From positions 1 to 64,000 of the IMG/VR virus record IMGVR_UViG_3300049215_000771: a stretch of 64,000 nucleotides of DNA; one strand, 5' to 3'. The position numbers and the translations under genes were made by a program. Shown here piece after piece: positions 36,195 to 46,697 of the stretch. The notes below the pieces were generated by a model. It ran no database searches and was not told the origin of the DNA. It saw nothing but the letters and a program-made list of their open reading frames with translations. Position 1 is the first letter of the stretch. Every line of letters begins with the position of its first letter.

Positions 36195-36268
36195 GGCGGC
36201 GTAGCTGAGTTGGCTCAAGCGCCTTGCTCATAACGAGGAGTACGTCAGTTCGATCCTGACCGCCGCTA
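36195..36268 (+). tRNA. tRNA-Met(CAT)
   Basis: CCTTG-CTCATAA-CGAGG. Confidence 0.88.
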
Positions 36269-36270
36269 CT

Positions 36271-36300
36271 AAACGCCACTCGATTTCGAGTGGCGTTTTT
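36271..36300 (+). terminator. rho-independent terminator
   Basis: AAACGCCACTCGA-TT-TCGAGTGGCGTTTTT. Confidence 0.8.
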
Positions 36301-36314
36301 GCTAGGATAGGGCC

Positions 36315-36992
36315 ATGAAAAACCGACCCTGGCTCGCATACCCAAAGAAGGAAGGCGAAAACATAAAGTTTCGCATTCTTCCCCCATTCCGGCCACTGAG
36401 CCTACAGTGGCATACGTTCGCTCGTGCTATTGATACAGCCTATCACACCTTCCAATGTCCCAGGCGGCTCGTTGCTGCTCGTTGGGAGGGGTATTGTCCG
36501 GCCTGTGAATACGTCAAAGAACTCTATGGTGCCGGCCTCGCAACTGGAGATATTGAAGAGGCCAAGCGACTGAGGGCGTGGGAGCGACATTACTACAACG
36601 TCTTCGACCGAGCGGATAATTTTCCCAAGGGGTTCGCAGCCTTCAAAGCTACACACCAACATCTTCTGACTTATATTCTTGGCGATCCTGACCAGGGCAT
36701 TGCAGCCTGTGGCGATATTACCGACATGACTACAGGTCGAGATGTCATTGTTCACTGTGATAAGATCATGGCGGGGAAGTACCCCAACTACCAGGTGATC
36801 TTACTTCAACCCGGCCCGTTCAATGAAGAAGCAGAAATTTGCAACTTTTTCAGTGAGTGGCCGGATGATTTTGAAGATGTGCCTCAAGACCACACCACTC
36901 AAATTGAATACGTTATCGAGCATTTCTATCGTCATTCGCCCAGGAAGCGACGTATGTGGCGTTCGATAGATGAACCCTGGTCTTCGCAATAA
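36315..36992 (+). CDS. divergent gp32-like ssDNA-binding protein with RSIDD tag
   Basis: KEGENIKFRILPP...CPACE...RHYYNV...GDITD...GRD...YPNY; ends RRMWRSIDEPWSSQ*. Confidence 0.7.
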   Translation: MKNRPWLAYPKKEGENIKFRILPPFRPLSLQWHTFARAIDTAYHTFQCPRRLVAARWEGYCPACEYVKELYGAGLATGDIEEAKRLRAWERHYYNVFDRADNFPKGFAAFKATHQHLLTYILGDPDQGIAACGDITDMTTGRDVIVHCDKIMAGKYPNYQVILLQPGPFNEEAEICNFFSEWPDDFEDVPQDHTTQIEYVIEHFYRHSPRKRRMWRSIDEPWSSQ

Positions 36993-36993
36993 C

Positions 36994-37022
36994 TTTACAA
37001 TTCCACTGATTCGGGGTACTAT
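36994..37022 (+). promoter_or_regulatory. sigma70-type promoter (near-leaderless ileS)
   Basis: TTTACA-N17-TACTAT, 6 nt before the ATG. Confidence 0.65.
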
Positions 37023-37028
37023 CCACTC

Positions 37029-39797
37029 ATGGGCACTCACAAAGACACACTGCTTCTCCCTCAGACCACACTCCCGATCAAGGCCGACTTGCCGGCCAAC
37101 GAGCCAGCAGTCTACAAAGCGTGGAATGAAAGCGACCTGATCCGGCGTATGCGCCGGGACGGGGACAATCCTTTCATCCTCCACGACGGCCCACCTTACG
37201 CCAATGGCGACATCCATATCGGTCATGCTCTCAACAAAATCTTGAAGGATTTTGCCGTCAAGGTCCAATACTTCAACGGGCGAGGCGTTGAGTTCGTGCC
37301 GGGTTGGGACTGCCACGGTTTGCCAATCGAACAGAAGGCTCGTCAACTCCACCCGGAGAGTCGAGACGAGTACGGCCTGCGGCAGATGTGCCGGCAGTAC
37401 GCCTCTCAACAGATCGACATCCAGCGTGAACAATTCAAAGCCCTGGGCGTCATCGCCGATTGGGAGCATCCATACACGACAATGGATCGTTCCTTCGAGT
37501 CGATGGTCTACAATCGACTTTGTGAACTTCTCGGCAAGGAGATGTTGATTCAGGGCAAGAAGCCCGTTTTCTGGTCCTGGGCCGAGCAAACGGCGCTGGC
37601 TGAGGCGGAAGTCGAGTACAAGGATCGCACCGATCCTTCGATCTATGTTGTGTTCCCGACTCAGGAAGCAACTTTTCCTGGTGGTTTTTTGGTGTGGACA
37701 ACTACGCCCTGGACTTTGCCTGCTAACGTCGCTGTTGCCCTGCACCCGGACCTGGATTATGTTCCTGTCAAGTTCAAGGACTATCCCTGGCCGCTCGTGG
37801 TCGCCGAAAATCTGGTGGAAGAACTGGCTGCCAAGGGCATCGTTGAAGGGAAACATTGGGTCAGCAAGTACAAAGGCAAAGACTTCTTGGGTTGGAAGCT
37901 GAAGCATCCGATCAATGGAACTGTGTCTGTCGTCATCAACGCCGACTTCGTGAAGGCTGACACTGGCACAGGTTGCGTCCATATCGCCCCTGGGCACGGC
38001 GAAGATGATTATTTCGTCGCCAGAAGCTACGGTCTGCCACTCGTTATGCCTGTTGGTCCAGATGGTAAGTACACCGAGGGCAAGTACGCCGGCCATTTCG
38101 TTTTCGACGCCAACAAGCAAATCCCCGAAGATTTGAAGACCAAGGGTTTGTTGCTTCATGAAGAAAAAATCACGCACAGCTACCCGCATTGCTGGCGTTC
38201 GGATACTCCGGTCATCTACCGGGCCACGCCACAATTGTTCCTGGATTTGAGCAAGATTCGGGAGTCCGTGTTGAAGGAATTCGCAGCCGTCGAGTTCCTG
38301 CCCGAAGCGTCGAAGAATCGCATGAAGCCGATGCTTGAATCCAGGCCCGACTGGTGCCTCAGTCGCCAGCGTATGTGGGGAGTTCCTATCGCTTTCGTTC
38401 GCAACAAGGAACAGGGCGTTTTTTCCTCTCATCCCGATGTGGTGAGATATACGCAGCGCATGTTGCAAGAAGAAGGCATTGACGTGTGGTGTCGGAAAAT
38501 GGTTGAAGAATGCCAACCGCCTTCTTGGTATGGGGCTATGTTCGTTGGTCTGACCAGCCAATACTTCGAGAAATGCACCGACATCTTAGATGTCTGGTTC
38601 GATAGCGGCCTCACCTGGAACACCCTCAACGGTCGCCAGGCGGACGTTTACCTGGAAGGGAACGATCAACACCGTGGTTGGTTCCAAAGCAGCTTGTGGC
38701 TGTCGGTGGCGCTGACGGGGAAGGCTCCGTACAAGAAGGTCATCACACATGGATTCGTCGTTGACCAAAACGGCGAGAAAATGTCGAAGCGGAAGGGGAA
38801 CGTCGTTGATCCGAACGACGTGGTGAGGAAGTACGGCGCTGAAGTTCTCCGCTATTGGGCGGCGTCCATCGACTACACGAAGGACATGACCTGTGGCGAA
38901 GACATCATGAAGCGTTGTGCCGAGGGACACAAGAAGCTGAGGAATACTTTCAGATTCCTCATCGCCAACATGATCGAGCCTGCCGGCGATATGGAGGGAC
39001 AGTACCTTCCGGTGGATCGGTGGATTCTCGACAAGGCGTGCCAGGTGTTCACGGAGGTTCACGATGCCTTCGAGAAATACGAATACTACAAGGGTCTGCA
39101 CAAGTTGACGGAGTTTGTCAACACGGACCTGAACGCCATCTATTTCAACGCCGTGAAGGATCGTTTGTACTGTGACGGCAAGAACAGTTTCGTGAGAAAC
39201 AGTGCCAACGTGACGATGATTTTACTGGCTGAGGGTTTGTTGAGTCTCGTGGCCCCGTTGTTTACCTACACGGCTCATGAAGTGTTCCAACATGCCCCTG
39301 ATTTCTTCAAGCTGGGACGCAAGGACATCTTCGATGTGACGTATGTTCAACCCGTACCGCTGCCCAAGTACGACTTCGTTGAATATCTGGACGAGGAATA
39401 CTGGAAGGCAGCTTTGAACGCTTTCCATGTCGAGTTCGACAAACTCAAGGCAGCGGGCCAGGTGAGAGACACGCTGGAAGTCAATATCGAACTCAAGGCA
39501 GGGGCGAGTCACCATTTCTTTGCCAAGGCCGAGGATTGGTTTGTGGTTTCTGACGTAACCGGAATGCCTACGGATGGCGAGCCGTTGGCTGAGTTTATGG
39601 CAATGGGTGATACTTACCGCATCGTCCGGGCTAGACAGGGAAAGTGTGACCGTTGCTGGAAGCGCAAGGCAGAAGGCAACTTGTGTCTACGGTGTCGCAA
39701 AGTATTGGAGGAAACCTGGACTTCGGCCTGCAAGGTCAAGTCTGATTTACAACCAGACCAGAACGTGGTAGAATCCTCCCCGGAGAAACAAACATGA
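37029..39797 (+). CDS. ileS: isoleucyl-tRNA synthetase
   Basis: HDGPPYANG.IHIGH, GWDCHGLPIE, WTTTPWTLP, DQHRGWFQS, KMSK, C-terminal CDRCW Zn finger. Confidence 0.97.
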   Translation: MGTHKDTLLLPQTTLPIKADLPANEPAVYKAWNESDLIRRMRRDGDNPFILHDGPPYANGDIHIGHALNKILKDFAVKVQYFNGRGVEFVPGWDCHGLPIEQKARQLHPESRDEYGLRQMCRQYASQQIDIQREQFKALGVIADWEHPYTTMDRSFESMVYNRLCELLGKEMLIQGKKPVFWSWAEQTALAEAEVEYKDRTDPSIYVVFPTQEATFPGGFLVWTTTPWTLPANVAVALHPDLDYVPVKFKDYPWPLVVAENLVEELAAKGIVEGKHWVSKYKGKDFLGWKLKHPINGTVSVVINADFVKADTGTGCVHIAPGHGEDDYFVARSYGLPLVMPVGPDGKYTEGKYAGHFVFDANKQIPEDLKTKGLLLHEEKITHSYPHCWRSDTPVIYRATPQLFLDLSKIRESVLKEFAAVEFLPEASKNRMKPMLESRPDWCLSRQRMWGVPIAFVRNKEQGVFSSHPDVVRYTQRMLQEEGIDVWCRKMVEECQPPSWYGAMFVGLTSQYFEKCTDILDVWFDSGLTWNTLNGRQADVYLEGNDQHRGWFQSSLWLSVALTGKAPYKKVITHGFVVDQNGEKMSKRKGNVVDPNDVVRKYGAEVLRYWAASIDYTKDMTCGEDIMKRCAEGHKKLRNTFRFLIANMIEPAGDMEGQYLPVDRWILDKACQVFTEVHDAFEKYEYYKGLHKLTEFVNTDLNAIYFNAVKDRLYCDGKNSFVRNSANVTMILLAEGLLSLVAPLFTYTAHEVFQHAPDFFKLGRKDIFDVTYVQPVPLPKYDFVEYLDEEYWKAALNAFHVEFDKLKAAGQVRDTLEVNIELKAGASHHFFAKAEDWFVVSDVTGMPTDGEPLAEFMAMGDTYRIVRARQGKCDRCWKRKAEGNLCLRCRKVLEETWTSACKVKSDLQPDQNVVESSPEKQT
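39746..39774 (+). promoter_or_regulatory. sigma70-type promoter
   Basis: TTTACA-N17-TAGAAT. Confidence 0.6.
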
Positions 39798-40204
39798 GCG
39801 AAGAAACCAGTATCACAAAGGAGTCCTTCCATGAAGCGCTAACCGCTGTGGTGACTTCCATCGCAGATCGGGCCGACGCCGAGATGCAAAAGGAAAAACC
39901 GTGGGCCGAATTGTGGGAGGCTTCCGAGGGTGGGCTGCGGTCCCTGCTCTCGGAAGCCGACCACCAGATGAAGGGTCCAGTATTCGCCCTTTGTGACATC
40001 ATCAAGAAGCGATTCGGCATCAAGAAAATCTCCGGTAAATTGTACGATTTGTTCAAGGCTCTGCCTTTCGCTATGTGGGAAGTCAGAGAACATATCAGCA
40101 ATACACAGGGAATGTCCTGTTGTGCTGACAAGGCACGGGAAGCCTACTACCAGGAGGTTCTTGAAGAAATCAACCGCATTAAAGGGGAAGAAAATGGCGG
40201 GTAA
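39794..40204 (+). CDS. hypothetical protein
   Basis: GGAG RBS, helical. Confidence 0.6.
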   Translation: MSEETSITKESFHEALTAVVTSIADRADAEMQKEKPWAELWEASEGGLRSLLSEADHQMKGPVFALCDIIKKRFGIKKISGKLYDLFKALPFAMWEVREHISNTQGMSCCADKAREAYYQEVLEEINRIKGEENGG

Positions 40205-41549
40205 AACGATTCACATCCTGGGCGGCGGGACCGTCAGCCATGTACGCAATCATCTAGCGTTGGCCGCACCCGCCTACGGTGGCACGGCCCGCCGCCTTTT
40301 CGACATCTGTGGCGACCAGTCGTTCATGGAACGTCGCCTTCATCTGACCATGATGGCCGGGGGTTATGGTTATCCCGGTGACAATCGCCAGATCAAGCTG
40401 GAAACAAACGAAGATGTGGCGGCGCTGTTGAAAGTTATCGCCGCCGACCCGGATACCAAGATCATCTTCATGACCTGTGCCCTGGTGGATTTCTACGGCG
40501 CTGTCGGCATGGTGAAAAGTGGCAAGCACGCCGAGCGGCTGCACAGCCGGACTCACAACAGGGGCCAATTCGTCGGCGAAGGCAACGATATGATGTTGTT
40601 TCCGAAGCCCAAGTTGCTGCCGGAAATTCGCAAGGACCGCAAGGACATTTACCTTGTCGCCTTCAAGACGACGACCGAGGCCACGGAAGACGAGCAATAC
40701 GCTGCCGCCCTGCATCTCCTGAAGGAAAGTTCCTGCAATCTCGTTCTCGCCAACGACGTGGTGACGAGAACCAACATGATCGTGACGCCCGAAGAGGCCC
40801 GCTATCACGTCACCAAGAATCGTGAGGAAGCCCTTTGGAACCTGGCGCAAATCGCCATCCTTCGGTCGCAACTGACCTTCACCCGTTCTACCGTCATCGA
40901 CGGCGAGCCGATCTCCTGGTACTCCGATCTGGTCCCCAACAGCTTGAGGGCCGTGGTCAACCACTGCATCTCCAGGGGAGCCTACAAGCCTTTTAACGGA
41001 GCCACGGTTGGGCATTTTGCTTGTAAGATAAACGACACAACTTTTCTTACAAGTATCAGAAAGTCCGACTTCAACCATCTGCCTGACACTGGCCTGGTGA
41101 TGGTCAAAACGGACGGCCCGGACTCCGTGATCGCCTATGGCGCAAAGCCAAGCGTGGGCGGGCAAAGTCAGCGCATCGTGTTCCACGATCACCCGGAGTA
41201 CGACTGCATCGTACACTTTCACTGCCCGAAGAAGGCAGGGTCGGAAGTTCCCACTGTCTCCCAGCGGGAGTTCGAGTGTGGATCGCATCAGTGTGGTCAG
41301 AACACGAGCAGTGGCCTGACGAAGTTCGGCAATCTGAGCGCTGTTTACCTGGATGAACACGGGCCGAACATCGTGTTCAATCATGAAATCAACCCGCAAG
41401 AAGTCATCGCCTTCATCGACAACAATTTCGATCTTTCCGGCAAGACGGGTGGGCTGATCCTCAGCTTGAATGACTACTTGCCGCATACGGAGGAACAATG
41501 TTCCAATATCACGGCAACAACGAGTGTCAATGTGTCATCTGCCGGCTGA
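40194..41549 (+). CDS. CoaB/DFP-like ligase domain fused to class II aldolase/adducin-like domain
   Basis: GGGT...ALVDF...LVAFK...LVLAND; then GHFA...KPSV...IVHFH...CGS. Confidence 0.7.
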   Translation: MAGKTIHILGGGTVSHVRNHLALAAPAYGGTARRLFDICGDQSFMERRLHLTMMAGGYGYPGDNRQIKLETNEDVAALLKVIAADPDTKIIFMTCALVDFYGAVGMVKSGKHAERLHSRTHNRGQFVGEGNDMMLFPKPKLLPEIRKDRKDIYLVAFKTTTEATEDEQYAAALHLLKESSCNLVLANDVVTRTNMIVTPEEARYHVTKNREEALWNLAQIAILRSQLTFTRSTVIDGEPISWYSDLVPNSLRAVVNHCISRGAYKPFNGATVGHFACKINDTTFLTSIRKSDFNHLPDTGLVMVKTDGPDSVIAYGAKPSVGGQSQRIVFHDHPEYDCIVHFHCPKKAGSEVPTVSQREFECGSHQCGQNTSSGLTKFGNLSAVYLDEHGPNIVFNHEINPQEVIAFIDNNFDLSGKTGGLILSLNDYLPHTEEQCSNITATTSVNVSSAG

Positions 41550-41986
41550 AACGTGAAGGTCTGACGGATGAGCAGATCGAACAGCACCAACGGCAGTGGG
41601 AACAGGAGGCGCTGGAGAAACAAGGTTGGTTCGGGCACTACTGCAATGACGAACGCTACCCAACTGGTGCCAACTACCACACGCATGGCCTGCCGGCGAC
41701 GATGAACCACATGGACCTTCAGTTGGTTGTCCCGCTGGACATGAAAACGGCCCACGGCATCTTCACTGGAGTTGTCGATCTCATCAAGGAGGGGAAGGTT
41801 TTCCATGACGGAGACACCGCTGACAAAGTGGTGAGAGGCTACAGGGTCAAGTTTATCGAGATGACGGAAGGCGAACGGCAGGTGTTGAGGATCATCCTGC
41901 CAGATCAACGGGGCAACCTGGAGCAATGGGAGATCGAAGGTAATCTGGCTCTCCAGTACGAGCCGTTTCTTGACACCGAGGCGTAA
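41498..41986 (+). CDS. DUF4262-like protein
   Basis: GW..H...NYHTHGL.....H.DLQ...LRIILPD..G. Confidence 0.6.
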   Translation: MFQYHGNNECQCVICRLKREGLTDEQIEQHQRQWEQEALEKQGWFGHYCNDERYPTGANYHTHGLPATMNHMDLQLVVPLDMKTAHGIFTGVVDLIKEGKVFHDGDTADKVVRGYRVKFIEMTEGERQVLRIILPDQRGNLEQWEIEGNLALQYEPFLDTEA

Positions 41987-42274
41987 CCCCGCCTATCCGG
42001 GCGGGGTTACTTGTTCAGGAGTTTGACGTGCAAACCTATGTTGTGACGTTGAAGGTGAACTTCGAGGATGGTCGGATTGACTCCCAGGAAACGGCGGCTG
42101 ATTTCCTGGGCAATATCGTCCGCCAGATCGGGGAACACACTGTCGCCAAAAGCGTTGTCGGCGAGATTTTCGATTTTCAGTCCAACAAGGCGATGGGCGG
42201 GGCCACCTATAAGGACGACAAGTTGACGGCGATTACCGCCGACGAACTTGCCAGGTTCAACGAGGGCCAATGAT

Positions 42275-42823
42275 ATGGGCGTTGATTTCAATGTCGGCGG
42301 CAAAAGCGTCGGGGCACATTGGTCCTACAGTGGATTCAACGAGTTCCGACATAAACTTGCCGCCGCCATCGGTATTGACCTGGACCAGATGGAGGGTTTC
42401 GGCGGCAAATACGAGCCAATTCCGATGCCATCTTTGGCTGATGTGCTGGAGGGCAAGGCCGAAATGCCCTCCGAGGAAGACATCAGACAAATGGCTTTGG
42501 AGCGTGCCGAGAAGTATGTCGCCAGCCAGGGCAAGACTTCCTGGGATACCATCAACGACCCGCTGAAGCCCCTGCTTCATCACTCTGATTGTGACGGCGA
42601 TCTTACACCTGAAGAATGCGCCCAGGTCGCTCCCAGGCTGAAGGAGATTGTGACGGGCTGGGACGACAAGTGGAAGTTGACCATCAATCCTGAGTTCCGG
42701 GAGAAGATGCCCCACTACCCGGAGACGATGGAGATGGACAACTACGACAAAACCAACGCCCTGAAACTGGTTGAGGGAATGCAGGAGGCCGTGAGGCTCG
42801 GCGTTCCACTGGAGTTTTGTTGA
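42275..42823 (+). CDS. conserved phage hypothetical protein
   Basis: WSYSGF..FR..LA...L..HSDCDG.L..EEC. Confidence 0.7.
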   Translation: MGVDFNVGGKSVGAHWSYSGFNEFRHKLAAAIGIDLDQMEGFGGKYEPIPMPSLADVLEGKAEMPSEEDIRQMALERAEKYVASQGKTSWDTINDPLKPLLHHSDCDGDLTPEECAQVAPRLKEIVTGWDDKWKLTINPEFREKMPHYPETMEMDNYDKTNALKLVEGMQEAVRLGVPLEFC

Positions 42824-43365
42824 TGTCGAAACTTGTTGACTTCTACCTGGGAGAAACTACAGCCGGGGTCGGTTGGCATTCCGACATCGTTGGTATTTGG
42901 ACTGACGAGCATTGGGAAATGAATCACGACTTCATCCAGTGGATTTTCCCTCTCAAAACGCCGTCGTCTTTCAACCCGGATGCTCCGTTGTTGTCCGAGG
43001 AGGACATCGAAACCTTCAAGAAAAGCAATCACCTTCACAATCTGGTGCTTCAATCGTTCGAGCGATTCCTTCGTTTCGTTGGGTTGGAGATGGAATTGAA
43101 AGGCGGAACTCCGGTCCAGAATGGGTGGGCTTCTGATCTGGAGGTCAAGAAGGGTCGCAATTGGGAGGACCGGGAGTGGATTTGGAAGCACCCCAACCAC
43201 AACTGGCTTCGCATCACCCGTGTCATTGCCAGCTTGAAGTTGTTGGGCCTGGATGTTTGCTCGAAAAGATTGTTTGAGTACATCCAGCAACTCTACAACG
43301 ATGGCTACGGCTCCCCCGACAGTTTTGGTTACTGGCAGAAAGCCGCAGAAGGACTCATTGAATGA
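42823..43365 (+). CDS. opioid growth factor receptor (OGFr) conserved-region protein
   Basis: E..HDFIQWIFPL..PS.FNP.AP.L...NHNWLRITRVI.SL. Confidence 0.85.
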   Translation: MSKLVDFYLGETTAGVGWHSDIVGIWTDEHWEMNHDFIQWIFPLKTPSSFNPDAPLLSEEDIETFKKSNHLHNLVLQSFERFLRFVGLEMELKGGTPVQNGWASDLEVKKGRNWEDREWIWKHPNHNWLRITRVIASLKLLGLDVCSKRLFEYIQQLYNDGYGSPDSFGYWQKAAEGLIE

Positions 43366-43956
43366 TCCGGCGCAAACACCCGATGCCTCATGGCTGGAAG
43401 CCTGTTCCTGAATTCGTCAGCTATAAGGGCAAAAAGACCCGTGTGCAGACGCATGGGGATGGTGTATATTACAAAGATATTGGTGGGGAAGTGGTCCTCG
43501 TCAATATCGGGCCGGAAGAAGTGACGGTGAGTTGCACTGCGGGCATCAGCAAAAACGAAGCACTGCGTTACGCTGTGGAAATTTGTTCGATGGAAGTAGG
43601 AGACGCCGTTACTCTTCTATAGCATCTCTAACCCATAAGGGAGGTACGATGCTTTGGAATGAGGGGAAGTTGCGGCAGCCGGATGTGGACTGGCGATGGG
43701 AAAGAACCAAGACCGGAGAGAAGCTGACGTTGACGCATATTCCTACAGGAAAGAAAGTTACTTCTGAAGAAGTTAGGTTGGGAAGAAGCGTTGACAAGCT
43801 GTACGCCCAAAAAAGAAAACGACAGGTCTACGAAGACCTTTTCGACAAGCTGGAGGAAGTCGTGTATGGTCCTCAACCGAAAGGCCGTGTAGGAATCAAC
43901 GGCTGATACTTACATACCAGTGACCGGCGCATTTTTGCCGGTCACTGGAGGGCTAA

Positions 43957-44475
43957 TTGGAAATTACGATTTGTGGTCACAGGAGGGCAGTACAGATACT
44001 CAAAGAAAAGCCGAAGGAACTTGACATCTTGATGATTTCGAGTCCTGAACCATATGGCAGTTTCTTTGGGGTTGAGGGATCGGAGCAAATTCCCGAACTC
44101 GCACGGGAATGCAAAATGATCGCATTCCACGATATTGACTTCCCCCGCCCCGGCTACCATCCTCCGTCGAAGGAGGACATTCAGGAAGCGTTGAAATGGG
44201 CGAAGGGCAAGAAGAAGATCATCGTGGCGTGCCAGGCGGGTATCTCCCGCAGCAGTGCAACAGCGTATGTCATCAAATGCACCACGACGGACCCAAGAAG
44301 TGCTTTGTTGATATTGGACGAGGACAAACACAGTCCCAACATGATGATTATCCGGCACGGAGCAGACATCTTGCAGAAGCCGGAAATGGTCGATATAGTG
44401 TTGGACTGGAAATATCGCTCGGAGGAAAGCAGAAATGCCTGGAACCTCGACGACACCGATCAGATTGTGTCCTAA
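43957..44475 (+). CDS. tyrosine/dual-specificity phosphatase-like protein
   Basis: CQAGISRSSA (CX5R), FHD, PN. Confidence 0.8.
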   Translation: MEITICGHRRAVQILKEKPKELDILMISSPEPYGSFFGVEGSEQIPELARECKMIAFHDIDFPRPGYHPPSKEDIQEALKWAKGKKKIIVACQAGISRSSATAYVIKCTTTDPRSALLILDEDKHSPNMMIIRHGADILQKPEMVDIVLDWKYRSEESRNAWNLDDTDQIVS

Positions 44476-44709
44476 GCCCGATGGCGGGCGAGTCGAATCT
44501 GGCCCGGTCCAGTTCGGAGATGACTGGCCGGGCTTGTTCATCCGTGGCGATGACTGCATGAGGCTGTTTCTGGACCTGCGCCACGTCATGGCGGCTCTTG
44601 ATGGCGATACTGATGTTTTCATGCTCGCCCAGGCGAAGGCGAATCTGAAACACATAATGGAAACCATCAACGGGCAAGTAAACCTTGCGAACAGGAAGGA
44701 AGATGGGCA

Positions 44710-45105
44710 ATGACCGTCCTGGAACAACTGGCCGAATTCGTCAAGGACGCCGAGGGCAAGATGGCGCAAAGCAAGTGGCTCGCCGATGATACAATGAATG
44801 TATACGTCAGGCGTGGCTTCCATTACATCGACGGGCTGCCCCGCATCTGTCTCGACATCGCCAGCGTCACGGTTGCCGTGGAGCAGCAGGGAACGTGGAC
44901 AGGTTTCATTTGGAAGGCTCACGACTTGAATCCGTGGGACTGCACTTTCGTTGAATGCGTTCACAACCCTCATCTGGCTTCGTGGTTGTTGAGGAATGGA
45001 TTTGCGCCGACGGAGGGCATGGAGTCCTACTACTTGCCGAAAGACCCGGAAAAATGGAAAACCTCATCCCAATCTTCAAGGACATCAATCCCTACTACGT
45101 TCTGA
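44710..45105 (+). CDS. GNAT-like hypothetical protein
   Basis: LDIASV.V....QG...FVECV.NP.L...L.R.GF. Confidence 0.55.
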   Translation: MTVLEQLAEFVKDAEGKMAQSKWLADDTMNVYVRRGFHYIDGLPRICLDIASVTVAVEQQGTWTGFIWKAHDLNPWDCTFVECVHNPHLASWLLRNGFAPTEGMESYYLPKDPEKWKTSSQSSRTSIPTTF

Positions 45106-45461
45106 TCTGGTTGTTTTTCCTTCACTGGTTTGGCGATTTCCGTTGTCAGACCAGATGGATGGCGGACAACAAAAGCAAGAACGTGTTCGCCCTGATGTTT
45201 CACATACTTGTGTATGGGTCGGTGTTGGCAGTGGGGACTGTATTGTTGTTCCCGAAATCCAACATGGTCCATAAAGACCCCTGGATGGCCTGGTTGGTTG
45301 TGAACATGGTGTTGCATATGGTGACGGATGCTATCACCAGTCGGATTACCAGCAGGCTTTGGGAGGAGAAAAACGTCAAGGGTTTCTTCGATACAATCGG
45401 ATTTGACCAGTTCATTCACGCAGCGTGCCTTATTGGAACAACCCAGGTATTCCTCACATGA
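45053..45461 (+). CDS. DUF3307 membrane protein
   Basis: H..GDF..Q..WMA..K...H...H..TD...GFDQ.IH. Confidence 0.75.
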
Positions 45462-45810
45462 CATCTGAAGAACTCGCTAACTGGAAGATTGAGTCGTTGG
45501 CGAGAGCCATCAACTGGTTGACGGCACGGGCCACTCAGGGGGACGAGCGCCGGGCGGTCTTAATTTCTCAGGAGGATTGGGACGAGTTTCAACAGGCGGT
45601 CGAGGGGACTTTCCGTGCTAAAGAAAGTGACCTATCAGGGGCTTGACGGACCAATCGAAGTGGAATATGACAGTGAAGCCCCCTGCCGGGTTTGCGGGCT
45701 GCCTGTGAAAGAAGCGTCTGTTGGCGGAACAGATGTCTGTCCGTGGTGTGATGCCGGTTTTCATCGTGATGGCCGGCGCTGGAGTTATTCCGATCTGATG
45801 AGGTACACTC

Positions 45811-46194
45811 ATGGCAAAGGTGAAACTGTGCCCCAAGAAGTTGGGCAAGGAGATCGAATCGCTGAGGGGTGAAATGCCCCTGGAACAACTGTCCGAGGCC
45901 AGCGGCCTTTCTGTCGAGTACCTTCGCAATCTGGAGGCGGGGGACGTGCAGAAGGTCAAGAAGAAGGAACTCAAGCGGCTGGGCAAGGCGTTGCAAATGC
46001 CGACACCCTGCATCAAGATGATGGGTCTGGACCCTGCCGACGTTCCCGACAAGATTCTGTCGCAATTGGCCGGCACTGTTCAGCAGGCGATCAAGGCGTG
46101 CATCGCCGCTCGTCACGAGACGAACGGCAAGCATATCGACCTGACCAAAGAAGATGATCCCGCCAACAAGAAGAAGAAGAGCAAGAAGAAATGA
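45811..46194 (+). CDS. XRE-family HTH protein
   Basis: LEQLSEASGLSVEYLRNLEAG. Confidence 0.75.
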   Translation: MAKVKLCPKKLGKEIESLRGEMPLEQLSEASGLSVEYLRNLEAGDVQKVKKKELKRLGKALQMPTPCIKMMGLDPADVPDKILSQLAGTVQQAIKACIAARHETNGKHIDLTKEDDPANKKKKSKKK

Positions 46195-46697
46195 TCGAGA
46201 AGATCATCTCTGGCGGTCAGACCGGAGCCGATCAAGCTGGCCTACGGGCAGCTAAAGCGGTTGGCCTCGCTACGGGTGGATGGCTCCCCCAAGGGTGTAT
46301 TACTTTGGACGGGCCACGCCCGGACCTGTTGGAAATTTATTCCATGCAGGAACACCCCAAGAAGGGTTATCCAGCCCGTACCGAGGCCAACGTCAGAGAC
46401 TCAGACGGCACAATCCGCTTCGCCGAGAAGTTTGGCTCGCCCGGCGAAAAATGCACCCTCAAGGCCATCCATTGGTTCAGGAAGCCCTATTTGGATATTC
46501 CCATTCTCGCTATGTACAACGGCAAGGAGTGGGTTGCCAAAGCCATTGGTTATTCTCCCGCCGATGTTCTGGCCTGGGTGAAAGAAAACAACATCCGTGT
46601 ACTCAACGTCGCCGGCAACAGCGAACAAACCTGCAAAGGTATCGGCGACGTTGTACACGACTTCCTCGTGAAAGTATTCGGGGTGACGCATGATTGA
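46191..46697 (+). CDS. SLOG-family (putative molybdenum-carrier/YpsA-like) protein
   Basis: KIISGGQTGADQAGL...RTEANVRDSDGT...LNVAG. Confidence 0.85.
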   Translation: MIEKIISGGQTGADQAGLRAAKAVGLATGGWLPQGCITLDGPRPDLLEIYSMQEHPKKGYPARTEANVRDSDGTIRFAEKFGSPGEKCTLKAIHWFRKPYLDIPILAMYNGKEWVAKAIGYSPADVLAWVKENNIRVLNVAGNSEQTCKGIGDVVHDFLVKVFGVTHD

